From: Myxococcota bacterium | GTDB taxonomy: Bacteria > Myxococcota_A > SURF-8 > G963663525 | NCBI GenBank assembly: GCA_963676915.2 | Contig: CAXXVK010000064.1 | Coordinates: 1 to 64,000 of the forward strand | Direction: 5' to 3' | DNA: 64,000 bases | Shown here: positions 1-9,770 of the stretch, piece after piece | How the letters are laid out: every line of letters begins with the position of its first letter | How positions within the stretch are numbered: the first letter of the stretch is position 1 | Made by a program: the position numbers and the translations under genes | Notes under the pieces: generated by a model | Databases searched by the model: none | The model's input: only the letters and a program-made list of their open reading frames with translations | What the model was told of the DNA's origin: nothing

Positions 1-1098
1 GCTTGTCCGGTCGCTTGACGGACCATTGCCCCCATTGCCGCCGTTCCCACCGCTTCCTCCGTTGCCGCCATCGAGAAACAGTTCGGTCTGCAAACCAATT
101 GTCAATGGTCCTGCCGAATAGGCGGTCAAAACTCCTCCTTGACCGCCATTGCCGCCTTGAGCGCCTTTTCCACCGTTTCCGGCATTATAGGTGCCGGTAA
201 GATCCAGTGCGACAGACCCGTCACCACCAAATCCGCCAGCGGCTTCCTCTTCGGCTTGAGGGCTTTGGCTGTCACCACCCGAGAGGTCGATTTCGGCCAG
301 ATTTTCGATGTTCAGGCATCCGCCTGCCGTTAGGGTAAGGCTACCGGAGTAGGAACCGCTCCCAGAGTATCCGCCCATTCCACCGATACCACCGGTAGCA
401 AGGAGATCGTTCGATGTCGTATTGACGGCATTGCCTCCATCACCGCCAGCACCTGCCAACCCTCCGTCACCGCCACTTAGGTCGATACGGGATGTTCCGG
501 TGATCGAAAGCTGATACGGGGTGCGAATGATGAGATTTCCTCCATGCTCTCCACGTCCACCGTTGCCACCAATACCGCCATTGCCCCCGTTGCCGATAAC
601 ATGAGTCTCTAAAGGTTCGCGGCTGACGCCGTCTTGTCCGTTTCCACCATCCCCACCTTTTCCGCCGTTTCCGCCGGAAAGATCGATTTCGCCGGTAATT
701 AAAACATCTCCACCTGCGTTGATCAAAAGATCGAAACCAGGTTGGCCGGGGTCACCGTCTTCACCGCTTTGTCCTGGATCGCCATGTCCGGTCACTAGAT
801 CCGTTCCTTCTCCATCCGTTCCCGGCGCACCGTCCGCGCCGTGATGGCTGACTTCCAAATGGTCGTAATCCACAAGAACGTCGCCTCGGATGGTCACGGG
901 ACCAATGACATTGAGCACGACGTTTCCACGCAGCATGATCCGCGAGGTTTCATCGACATAGATGGAGTCGTATTCGTAAGAACCTTCCGTTATGTTGGCG
1001 ACCATGTTTCCGACCAGATTCAGTTTTTCCGCCATGGCGGGGAAGGGGACGGAGTACAGAACCAGTAGAAGGATGAAACCATAGAAATTTCTCGCCAT
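1..1098 (-). CDS. Secreted glycine-rich repeat protein (3' end runs off the window)
   Basis: Absent from the ORF track because there is no stop in the window. Manual translation from the ATG at 1098 (AAGGA upstream) is open to position 1: MARNFYGFILLLVLYSVPFPAMA|EKLNL... (signal peptide), then repeated IDLSGGxGGxGG / GNGGNGG blocks. Confidence 0.85.
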   Translation of the reverse strand, partial: MARNFYGFILLLVLYSVPFPAMAEKLNLVGNMVANITEGSYEYDSIYVDETSRIMLRGNVVLNVIGPVTIRGDVLVDYDHLEVSHHGADGAPGTDGEGTDLVTGHGDPGQSGEDGDPGQPGFDLLINAGGDVLITGEIDLSGGNGGKGGDGGNGQDGVSREPLETHVIGNGGNGGIGGNGGRGEHGGNLIIRTPYQLSITGTSRIDLSGGDGGLAGAGGDGGNAVNTTSNDLLATGGIGGMGGYSGSGSYSGSLTLTAGGCLNIENLAEIDLSGGDSQSPQAEEEAAGGFGGDGSVALDLTGTYNAGNGGKGAQGGNGGQGGVLTAYSAGPLTIGLQTELFLDGGNGGSGGNGGNGGNGPSSDRTS

Positions 1099-1390
1099 AG
1101 CGTGTTCCTTTCGTTTGATCGGTCCGAGATACGTCCATTCTTGGGGCCAGGAAAGCCGGATCACTTGTTGTGTGTTTCAGGATGGTCGCCCGTATCTTAG
1201 CATGATCGACCGCATTTCATTAAACTTAAGGTCTCGATCTTTGCTGGATGGTGCCGTTTTTGTCCTTGTTTAAGCTTTTTGACTCCACTTGAAACGGAAT
1301 AATTCAATTCGAAAGTTGCCGAAAGGAATGATCGAACGGTACGATACCGATGTAATCGATAGTGACGCTTGAAATGGAGGAATGCTTGCC

Positions 1391-3016
1391 ATGAAAATCT
1401 TTTCCGCGCTGTGGCTTGCGTTTGGACTGTTTTACCTGTGGGGTTGCGATGACTCCCAAAAAGAAAGTTCCGATCTCGAAGGCGATAGCGATACCGTAGA
1501 GACGGAAGAAAGCGCAACCGAATGGCTCGATCCGTACGCCAATCAGCCCTGGCGACCCCGCTATCATTTCACACCATCGGAAAACTGGATGAACGACCCC
1601 AACGGCCTCGTGTTTTACAAAGGGGAATATCATCTGTTTTACCAGTATGCGCCGGAAGGCTTCGTGTTGTCGCCGTTGCATTGGGGCCATGCCGTCAGTA
1701 CGGATCTGGTGCATTGGGAACATCTCCCGGTGGCGATTTACCCGGACGATGTTCTAGGCAACGCCTATTCGGGAAGTGCGGTCGTGGATCGTACGAATAG
1801 CAGCGGTTTATGTCTGGAAGACGAGGGAGAAACTTCCTGTCTTGTGGCATTGTTTACGCATTCCGGCGGCGAGGACGGATTGCAGAAACAAAGTCTGGCC
1901 TACAGCAACGACAGAGGACGAACCTGGGAGATGTACGAAAACAATCCCGTTCTCGGACCTGATCCGCGATGGGCGGATTTTCGCGATCCGAAAGTGTTGT
2001 GGGATGATGCAAATTCCCGTTGGATTATGGTGTTGGCGGCTGGAAACCAACTTCTTTTCTATGAGTCATCCAATTTGCTGGAATGGGAGTTGGCCTCCGA
2101 ATTCACTCGGGATTCTTCAGATGATGGAGGGGCCTGGGAATGCCCGGAACTCTTTGAAATCCCCTTGGAAAATCGCGAAAATGAAAGCCGCTGGTTACTG
2201 GAAATCGATTGGACGACCTCAACCGGAGGTATCGGTTCAGGAGGACGGTATTTCGTCGGAGATTTCACGGACGGCTCTTTTTACTCGGAAACGTCGGTGA
2301 AGTCGGTGTTGCGGGTCGATTACGGCAGCGATTTTTATGCCGCGCAATCGTTTTTCGGGCTGGAAGACGGTCGTCGTATCTGGCTCGCGTGGATGAACAA
2401 CTGGCAGTATGCGTTAAGCGTTTCGACAAAACCCTGGCAAGGGGCGATGTCTTTACCCCGCACGATTGCCCTGCGAACCGATGATAAGGGACTCTATCGG
2501 GTCGTACAAAACCCTGTGGAACAGTTGCGTTCCCTTCGTGGGAACCCCTTGATTCAATTGGAAAATCTTGTTGTCGAAGGCGAATACCGGCTTCCCGAAA
2601 CTTCCTATTGCACAAGTTGTGAAATCGCGGTTGAACTCCAACCCGACTCGGCAAGTGATTGCTTCCTTTCGGTTTTTGTGGGAGGTCAGGAACATACGGA
2701 TATCGGATACGATGCAGGAAACGGAACCTTGTATTTCGACCGTCGAGAGTCGGGAACGGTGGATTTCAGCCCGCATTTTTCACGACGACAGGAAGTAGAT
2801 TATCCTCTGGATAACGGAACCCTGCGGCTGAATGTTTTCTTGGACCAAAGCACGGTGGAAGTTTTTGCGGGAGACGGAGAAACCGTGCTGAGCTTCCTGG
2901 TTTTCCCGGACTCGGATAGTAGGGGAATCGTCTGGCAGGCGAATGGTGGTGCTTGCACGGTGGAGACGATGGCCATCTATCCTATGGAATCTATTTGGAA
3001 AATTCCAGCACCTTGA
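1391..3016 (+). CDS. GH32 beta-fructofuranosidase/levanase, lipoprotein
   Basis: Catalytic motifs WMNDPNG, FRDP and WECPE; C-terminal beta-sandwich (LDQSTVEVF); lipobox LWGC. The ATG at 1391 is better spaced from GGAGG than the one at 1382. Confidence 0.93.
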   Translation: MKIFSALWLAFGLFYLWGCDDSQKESSDLEGDSDTVETEESATEWLDPYANQPWRPRYHFTPSENWMNDPNGLVFYKGEYHLFYQYAPEGFVLSPLHWGHAVSTDLVHWEHLPVAIYPDDVLGNAYSGSAVVDRTNSSGLCLEDEGETSCLVALFTHSGGEDGLQKQSLAYSNDRGRTWEMYENNPVLGPDPRWADFRDPKVLWDDANSRWIMVLAAGNQLLFYESSNLLEWELASEFTRDSSDDGGAWECPELFEIPLENRENESRWLLEIDWTTSTGGIGSGGRYFVGDFTDGSFYSETSVKSVLRVDYGSDFYAAQSFFGLEDGRRIWLAWMNNWQYALSVSTKPWQGAMSLPRTIALRTDDKGLYRVVQNPVEQLRSLRGNPLIQLENLVVEGEYRLPETSYCTSCEIAVELQPDSASDCFLSVFVGGQEHTDIGYDAGNGTLYFDRRESGTVDFSPHFSRRQEVDYPLDNGTLRLNVFLDQSTVEVFAGDGETVLSFLVFPDSDSRGIVWQANGGACTVETMAIYPMESIWKIPAP

Positions 3017-3038
3017 TTTTTGCAGGAAAGAGCGAGAA

Positions 3039-3971
3039 TCACTCTTCTTCCAAATACTCGTCTTGTGCAAAACCGTTTTCCAAGCCTGAATCTTCGAGGG
3101 CTTCGAGTGCGCGGTTGTATTCAGCCGCCGTGATGCGTCGGGAAACCTCGGGGATGTCCGGGGCTTTATGGGCCGGAAAATACTGGGACATCAGGCTTAC
3201 ATAGGTTTGTTTGCCCAAATTGTCGGCAAGAAAGGACAGCACTTTTTTCGTGCCGGATAACTCTCCTGGTAGCACGAGATGTCGAACCAGTAGTCCTTTG
3301 ACGGCTACTCCCTCTTCATCGAGTTCCAACTCCCCGACTTGACGCTGCATTTCGGTAAGTGCACGGGTGGCGACCTCCCAATATTTCGGAGCACCGGAAA
3401 GTTTGCGGGCAGGGCGGTCCTCGCAATATTTTAAGTCGGGGAGGTAGATGTCGATCAAACCTTCCAACCGTTTCAACGTTTCGATACGCTCGTACCCATT
3501 GGAGTTCCAGACGATGGGAATCGTCAAACCCCGTCTGCGAGCCATGAGAATCGCTTCACCCGCTGCATGGGAATAATGCGTGGGAGAAACGAAATTGATA
3601 TTGTGTGCTCCACGTTTTTGGAGGGAAAGCATGTTCTCTGCCAGCTTTTCGACCGTTATTGCATTCCCGACGCCCTGTTGGCTGATGGGGTAATTCTGGC
3701 AGAAAACACAGCGTAAATTGCACCAGGTAAAGAAGATGGTTCCCGAACCTCGCTCGCCGCTGATCGGTGGTTCCTCTCCGAAATGGAGGTTGCAACTCGA
3801 TACCATCGGTTCAAATGGCGCATGGCAGCGGCCGACTTCTTCACGTCGGTCGATTTTGCAGTGATGCGGGCAGATCCGGCAGTCCATGGCTTCTTTACGT
3901 AGCCATCGAACGTTTTCGTCCCAGGAATCGGCGCTCCAATCCCTTGAATTTTCAGGTAATTTCGTTGTCAT
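3039..3971 (-). CDS. Radical SAM protein, PflX-like (PFL-activase-related)
   Basis: CNLRCVFC cluster motif; N-terminal CRICPHHC; HFGEEPPISG, DIYLPDLKY and LLVRHLVLPG signatures. Confidence 0.85.
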   Translation of the reverse strand: MTTKLPENSRDWSADSWDENVRWLRKEAMDCRICPHHCKIDRREEVGRCHAPFEPMVSSCNLHFGEEPPISGERGSGTIFFTWCNLRCVFCQNYPISQQGVGNAITVEKLAENMLSLQKRGAHNINFVSPTHYSHAAGEAILMARRRGLTIPIVWNSNGYERIETLKRLEGLIDIYLPDLKYCEDRPARKLSGAPKYWEVATRALTEMQRQVGELELDEEGVAVKGLLVRHLVLPGELSGTKKVLSFLADNLGKQTYVSLMSQYFPAHKAPDIPEVSRRITAAEYNRALEALEDSGLENGFAQDEYLEEE

Positions 3972-3987
3972 GGGTGCTATAGGGATC

Positions 3988-4992
3988 TCAACCGTTGTTT
4001 TTCATGGTCGCACGCAAAGAACGCCGTGAAGCTTGCAACAGTTTTTTCGGAGCTTCACCGTCATGCAGAAGATCCAGAGCAAACCATAACGCTCCAAGTA
4101 CAGGTTCATCACGCAACGTGACGATTTTCACGTTGGGATAACGTTTCTTAACACGTTCCGAAATCGTCTCGATCTGAATGGCCGGTTTGGCTTTTTGAAA
4201 CACTGTTCCGCCAAAGACCAGCGAAAAAGAGTCGTTTTTCTTGTAAAGACGCTTGCAGGCCGTCAGAGCGGTATGAGCCTGATGGCTGGCGGCATCTTTG
4301 AGAATTTTCAGTGCGACTTTATCGCCCAAGCTTGCTGCTTTGAAAACGAGAGGTGCGTAATCACCCGGCTTGACCGGTCGGTAAGAGTCAGGATAATAAA
4401 ACTCGAAAACGTCGTACAAGTGCTCGACTTCAAGAGCTTTTTCGTACATCTCGACAAGAATCGTCGGCGGATTGCGACCATCAAGCGAACGCATCGAGGC
4501 GATAAGTCCTTCCTCGCCAATGTCGGACGCCGATCCTTTGTCCCCGGAAAATTCTCCCAACCCTCCGACTTTGACCTGTTCCCCGGCTTTATTGAAACCA
4601 ATGCAATTGCTACCGGTTCCAGCGATCATCGCCACACCCAGCAAGTCCGGTGCTCCGGCTTTGAGCGCGAGGGTCGTGTCATTGCACAACAGGCTTTCGG
4701 AAGCCGGGTCGTTGGGTTCGACGCACTGGGCCACCGTGTCGAAATCCGACTCTCGGTCCGCGCCACAGATTCCATAGGCGGAATACTGCACATCTTTCGG
4801 TTTGATACCCGCGCTTTTCAGTGCGTTGTCAATTGCCAGTCCCAACTCCGCTGTTGCGGCAACTTGTCCGACAGCCTGAAAATTGGTAGTTCCCGAACGA
4901 CCGACTCCAACGACTTCGCCTTCACTATTGGCAACGACGGCGAGGGTTTTGGTGCCACCGCCATCTACGCCAAGTACGTATGTTTCCGACAT
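3988..4992 (-). CDS. BadF/BadG/BcrA/BcrD-type sugar kinase (N-acetylglucosamine kinase-like)
   Basis: GVDGGGTKT phosphate-1 motif, ND, IAGTGSN and GG.G...GD.GS motifs. Confidence 0.88.
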   Translation of the reverse strand: MSETYVLGVDGGGTKTLAVVANSEGEVVGVGRSGTTNFQAVGQVAATAELGLAIDNALKSAGIKPKDVQYSAYGICGADRESDFDTVAQCVEPNDPASESLLCNDTTLALKAGAPDLLGVAMIAGTGSNCIGFNKAGEQVKVGGLGEFSGDKGSASDIGEEGLIASMRSLDGRNPPTILVEMYEKALEVEHLYDVFEFYYPDSYRPVKPGDYAPLVFKAASLGDKVALKILKDAASHQAHTALTACKRLYKKNDSFSLVFGGTVFQKAKPAIQIETISERVKKRYPNVKIVTLRDEPVLGALWFALDLLHDGEAPKKLLQASRRSLRATMKNNG

Positions 4993-5009
4993 TGTTCAAG
5001 CCTCGATGA

Positions 5010-6131
5010 TTACAGATCATGTCGTGGGTTGAGCCACAGATCCACCGGTCGTTGTACGTGCTCCGGCTTGAAGGGCAATTTGACCGTCTTTTTCGTTCCG
5101 GCCGAATGATACCCTGCCAGCATGATTTCCAGTACGTCCAAACCGTCCTGACCCGACTCTACCGGTGTGTATCCTTCGCGGATACACTGGAAAAAGTCGG
5201 CGAATTCCTGCGGATATCCGTTATTCCACAGCCATTCGTAATCCGGGTGACTCCAACCCGCCGATTCCGGACCGCCCATTTGACCTTTGTTGTCCGGCAT
5301 CGGAAAATAGCCGTTCTCGGAATAGCAACGAAGCCCCATTCCGTCAAGCAAATCCCCGTAAAGAACACCTTCGGTGCCGTACATTTCTGCGGTCGAACTC
5401 ATACCGCCTTTGAGCGCCCAACTCGATTCCACCTGACCGATAGCTCCGTTTTCGAATTCCATCGTGAGAATCACATGGTCTTCGAGGTCCGTAACGTCTT
5501 TGTGCAGGTACGTGGCCATGTGGGCGGTAACCGAAGTGACTTTCTTCTTGCCCATCGCCCAGCGGCAGTATTCGATAGCGTGGCAACCCATGTCCATCAG
5601 AATTCCTCCACCAGCCTCGGCGCGTTTCCAGAACCATGGCGAATACGGTCCTGCGTGCTTTTCGCACTGTTTGACCATATAAACCTGTCCGATGCCGCCC
5701 ATTTCGGCGATTTGTTTCATTCGACGGAATTTTGGGACGTAACACAGTTCCTCGGCATAGCCGATAATCAAGCCTTTCTTTTCGGCCAACGCAACCAGTT
5801 GCTGGCCTTCTTCCATGTTGACCGCAAGAGGCTTTTCAACGATGACGTGCTTGCCCGCTTCCAGTACGTCTTTGGCGATCGGTGCATGAAGGAAATTAGG
5901 AACCGCTACGGTGCAGATGTCGATGTCGTCTCGCTTGAGAAGATCACGGTAGTTGGTCACCATTTCAGGGATTTTGTATTGTTTGCAAAACTGTCGTCCC
6001 TGTTCTTCTTCCACCGTGGCGAGCGCTACAACCTCTAATCCACCGACTTCTTGGGCAACAGCCCGATAGGAATCCATATGGACGGTTGAAATCCAACCCG
6101 ATCCGATTTGCGCCAAACGTAACGGCTTCAT
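5010..6131 (-). CDS. Gfo/Idh/MocA family NAD(P)-dependent oxidoreductase
   Basis: IGSGWIS Rossmann motif, HVIVEKPLA and GGGILMDMGCH; AGGAGG RBS. Confidence 0.92.
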   Translation of the reverse strand: MKPLRLAQIGSGWISTVHMDSYRAVAQEVGGLEVVALATVEEEQGRQFCKQYKIPEMVTNYRDLLKRDDIDICTVAVPNFLHAPIAKDVLEAGKHVIVEKPLAVNMEEGQQLVALAEKKGLIIGYAEELCYVPKFRRMKQIAEMGGIGQVYMVKQCEKHAGPYSPWFWKRAEAGGGILMDMGCHAIEYCRWAMGKKKVTSVTAHMATYLHKDVTDLEDHVILTMEFENGAIGQVESSWALKGGMSSTAEMYGTEGVLYGDLLDGMGLRCYSENGYFPMPDNKGQMGGPESAGWSHPDYEWLWNNGYPQEFADFFQCIREGYTPVESGQDGLDVLEIMLAGYHSAGTKKTVKLPFKPEHVQRPVDLWLNPRHDL

Positions 6132-6303
6132 GTTTTGTCCCTCCTGGAATTGTGACTTTTTTACTTTATATCACGTAACTATAGAAAATGGTTAAAATTT
6201 TTCCTTGTCAGATTCGTGCGTCAGCCCCCGACAGGAAAAGAATAAACTGGAAAAACTATCCTCATGCCCCATCATTATTTGTTCGATCTGCTTTTTTCAT
6301 CCG

Positions 6304-7293
6304 TCAATAGGGAAGGGGATACTCTACGCCACATTGCATCGAATATTGGTAATTCAACATTTCACCGCAAAACGATTTTCCCATCAGTAGCGAATATGTC
6401 CAGGTTTTAAACCGTAAGTCTTCGATATAACGAATGAAACGAGGATCTCGTGTGCGTAGGCTGTGCACCATCCACTCGATGTCGCCCGGTTCCACATCTT
6501 GCCAATCCGCTTTGGTGTCCAGTGAGGCAGCGAGGTTCGTTAATTCAGTTCCGTCATCCACCATTTCGCAAACGATTTCCATAACCGGTGAGGAATAGCG
6601 GTCGTAGCAAACGTCGCTATCCAGCTCTTTTCGCTCCAGTTGATCAAAAATCCTGTACACCTTGACCCATTCGTCTGCGGCATCCACATTTTTCGACTTG
6701 AGCATCCGGTTGAACCGAATCTCGGAAAAACGCTCGAAGAAATAGTAATAGGGGATTAACCCGAAAATCACCGTCTCCAGCTTGCACTTCGTGGCGAGTC
6801 GGTCCCCTTCGCTTTCCGAAATCATGAGATCGCACCAGGATGGATCGAATGTCGCCACTGCCTGACAAGAAGCGTAACTTTGCAAAACCAACATATTGCC
6901 GTCGAAATTTTCGAAATGTGCAGCCAAAGCCTTTGGCGTGGCTTTTTTCCCGAGTTTCTGCAAAATCAACGACTTTCTCAAGCAATCGCTAACGGGGATG
7001 TCTCGCATCTCGTTCGTTTCTTTATCGAAACGAGACAACGCCAGGTCGGGGCGTGCAACGGTTTCGTCAAAAGTTTGGTCGAAAGCGACCATTTTACGAT
7101 CGATGGGATCTTCCATGGTGTACGGATCGATTTCACCTGCATCCGTAGGGGCGAATTCTTCCGTAATTTCATGAAGTTTAGGAAAAGGCGGCATGCGGTT
7201 TTCCGAGTTGTCGCGCGTTCGGTTAATTCGATACAACGCGTCCACCCCCACAGCGATGATTACAATCAGGGCCAGCCCCGCAAGCTTGTTCAT
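6304..7293 (-). CDS. Hypothetical membrane-anchored protein
   Basis: 329-aa ORF with one N-terminal hydrophobic segment and scattered Cys; no family recognised. Confidence 0.65.
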   Translation of the reverse strand: MNKLAGLALIVIIAVGVDALYRINRTRDNSENRMPPFPKLHEITEEFAPTDAGEIDPYTMEDPIDRKMVAFDQTFDETVARPDLALSRFDKETNEMRDIPVSDCLRKSLILQKLGKKATPKALAAHFENFDGNMLVLQSYASCQAVATFDPSWCDLMISESEGDRLATKCKLETVIFGLIPYYYFFERFSEIRFNRMLKSKNVDAADEWVKVYRIFDQLERKELDSDVCYDRYSSPVMEIVCEMVDDGTELTNLAASLDTKADWQDVEPGDIEWMVHSLRTRDPRFIRYIEDLRFKTWTYSLLMGKSFCGEMLNYQYSMQCGVEYPLPY

Positions 7294-7420
7294 TTTCGAC
7301 TCGTTACAAATCCGTTTTGGAAATACCGGATCAGTTTCTCATGGTTCCAATGGACGACGAAGCGTTATTCTACACTATTCAATGTGTAATGAAAAGCTTC
7401 GATTCCATTCTTTGTACTTC

Positions 7421-8767
7421 TCAAGCTTTGAAAGGATACTTTCTGAATGCGAAAAAGGCAATGGCGATAAATATGGCTCCTACAGGTCCAACAAGTTGAA
7501 TTCCCAACGGATTTTCAGCCGAGTTGCCGAAGAAGTGGAACAGCAGAGAACTCAGTAACCAGGCGAAACCGGAGGCAGAACGGGTGAAAAGCCCTTCGAC
7601 GCCGTTGTACATCGCCTCACGTCGCAGTCCGGTGCGTTTCTCGTCATGGTCGATGACATCGGCCAGTAAGGGACGCGGAAGAACGTTGAAAATGGCAACG
7701 GGAATGGTGGCAAAACCGAACAGGATGTATCCCTGTACCATCAGCGGAATGCTTTCGATCGAGCCAAGCCCGAGCATCAACGGAAGAATCACCATGAAAC
7801 CGATACAACCTGCCAAGGTTACGACTTTTTTGCCGAATTTTACGGAAGTCCAGTTCACTACGGGGAAAAGTACGACCGACCCAAGAAGAACAATCAATTG
7901 GATGACAGCCGCGTCGCCCTCGGTTCCACGCATGACGGTGGTGATCATGTAAGGGATTGCCACCACGACCAGATCCACGCCGATGCGAAAAGCGGTGACG
8001 AGATAGAGATACGGGCTGAACGCTTCATTCTGCCAGACCTGCTTAAAACCTTCCGTAAAGGAAAGCTCCACTTTTTTCGAGGGAGTATAGGGGTTTTCCT
8101 TGATACCGAAACCGGTGATGTAAAATGCTACTAACGTAAGGATACCGAACAGAAGCCCCGCAATCTGGAAGCCATTGAGTTGCAGTCCACCGATGACGTC
8201 CACACCGCATTTGTACTCGTTGATCAGGAGTCCGGCTCCGGCTGTTGCCGTCAAAACTCCCAACACTTCGAAAAGAGCCATCAGGGCGGAGACGGTCAGG
8301 CGTTCTTCATTATAAGGAGTTAATTCAGGAAGCAAGGAAAGATAGGGAGCTACAACGGCGGCAAACGCCATCGAGACAATCGACATCCAAAAACATACCC
8401 AGGCGGCGTTGATCAGCGATTCATGGCCGATGGGCGGGAACCAGATCAGGAACATCGCCAAGACCATGATCGGCGTGCCGACGAGGATGTAAGGAATACG
8501 CCGTCCCATTTTCGTGTTGGTTTTGTCCGACCAGTCGCCGATAAACGGATTGAGCAACGCCTCCGCTACACGACCGATCGCCAGCATCAGACCGATCAGA
8601 TAAACAGGAACGTAGGAAACCAGACATGAGCCGTCTTCCGGTGGCGGAGAATAATAGTACATCGCCCAGGAGCCGACGATAGCCGGAAGCAGTCCAACAC
8701 CGGAATTACCGATGGAATACGCCATTCTCTGCCAGAAACTCAATGCACGTTCTTGCGTTTTAGACAA
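7421..8767 (-). CDS. MFS transporter, glycoside-pentoside-hexuronide (MelB-like) family
   Basis: About 12 TM segments; PFIGDWSDKTNTKMGRRIPYI and LADVIDHDEKRTGLRREAMY motifs. Confidence 0.9.
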   Translation of the reverse strand: MSKTQERALSFWQRMAYSIGNSGVGLLPAIVGSWAMYYYSPPPEDGSCLVSYVPVYLIGLMLAIGRVAEALLNPFIGDWSDKTNTKMGRRIPYILVGTPIMVLAMFLIWFPPIGHESLINAAWVCFWMSIVSMAFAAVVAPYLSLLPELTPYNEERLTVSALMALFEVLGVLTATAGAGLLINEYKCGVDVIGGLQLNGFQIAGLLFGILTLVAFYITGFGIKENPYTPSKKVELSFTEGFKQVWQNEAFSPYLYLVTAFRIGVDLVVVAIPYMITTVMRGTEGDAAVIQLIVLLGSVVLFPVVNWTSVKFGKKVVTLAGCIGFMVILPLMLGLGSIESIPLMVQGYILFGFATIPVAIFNVLPRPLLADVIDHDEKRTGLRREAMYNGVEGLFTRSASGFAWLLSSLLFHFFGNSAENPLGIQLVGPVGAIFIAIAFFAFRKYPFKA

Positions 8768-8790
8768 TGCCTTGCCTCGTTTCGTGGCGG

Positions 8791-9645
8791 CTACCCGCCT
8801 TGTTGTATCTGTTTGGAATTATTGCCACCTTCAGCCACTTCATCACTGGGGATTCTTTCAAGCGGCCACGGGTCGCGAGGTGCCATATGAACATTTTCAG
8901 GAAAAAATGTACGTGAAAACAGTCCTTGCGTGCCCTGAACGATAACCCAGGGATACCCGAGAGCGGGTGTCGGCAAGTATAGTTTTTCTTTTAGTGCATT
9001 GATTTTTACTTCAATGTAATTGATCGCCGCTCGTCTGCCATGATCGGTTTTGTTGTCTTTGGCAGGATAGGACTTGTTGACGTTGGCGAGCTTGTTTTCC
9101 AGTTCTTTCAAGCGGTTGGCAACAACAGGATCTTCTTTTTTGCCTTTTTCCGTGGCCCTACGAAGTCTTTGTCGCCATTTCGAAACGAGTCGTTTTTCCA
9201 CAGGGACGATAAGACGAGATTTCGGTGCAAGATCCAGGTCTTCGACTGGGCGGTAATCGTCTTTATTGAAAGTTCCGAGTAGCGCGCAGGCGGTTTTCAT
9301 GTCGGACAAAACAACAAGGTTCCAACCTTCCGGACCTTTTTGCAATTCGGTCGCTACGGCATCCCGTTCACAAAGCTTTCCCCATTCACGGTCGTGATTC
9401 CACGCATAGTAGCCGCCCCAGATCATTCCGGCTAGCAGCAGCAAACCGACGAAAAGAGAAAAAATCCCCGTCGCCCGTTTTCGATTTCCCTGAAAACTGG
9501 CCTCGAAATCAACAGCCGTCTGCCAGGCGGTATCGTGCTTTCCGCTGTCGTGAGATTGGGATTGTCCCTCGGATGTTTGTTTCAATGGCTCTCTCGATGG
9601 GAACAGGGATACATAAGATGAAAAGATCCTTAGCACATACAACAC
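8791..9645 (-). CDS. Hypothetical membrane protein (start uncertain)
   Basis: One TM segment (IFSLFVGLLLLAGMIWGGYY) followed by a basic, coiled-coil-like region; co-oriented with its neighbours. Confidence 0.55.
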   Translation of the reverse strand: MLYVLRIFSSYVSLFPSREPLKQTSEGQSQSHDSGKHDTAWQTAVDFEASFQGNRKRATGIFSLFVGLLLLAGMIWGGYYAWNHDREWGKLCERDAVATELQKGPEGWNLVVLSDMKTACALLGTFNKDDYRPVEDLDLAPKSRLIVPVEKRLVSKWRQRLRRATEKGKKEDPVVANRLKELENKLANVNKSYPAKDNKTDHGRRAAINYIEVKINALKEKLYLPTPALGYPWVIVQGTQGLFSRTFFPENVHMAPRDPWPLERIPSDEVAEGGNNSKQIQQGG

Positions 9646-9704
9646 ATGGTCGCAAGCATCGGGTACGAACCGAATGAAGTCGTCTCAAACGACCCCATAC
9701 ACCA

Positions 9705-9736
9705 ACGGGGGCTGAATCTTTCGATCCAGCCCCCGT
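9705..9736 (-). terminator. GC-rich hairpin downstream of the receptor-lipoprotein pair (probable terminator)
   Basis: ACGGGGGCTG...CAGCCCCCGT stem with a GAAA loop on the minus strand; weak U-tract. Confidence 0.55.
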
Positions 9737-9770
9737 GGGGAGAATGTTACTCGTATTGGAAAACGAAGAC

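Noticed and set aside
4195-6038. Long + strand ORFs (304 and 339 aa) and similar antisense ORFs throughout the window
   Set aside because: They are antisense shadows of well-supported genes and have no recognisable motifs.
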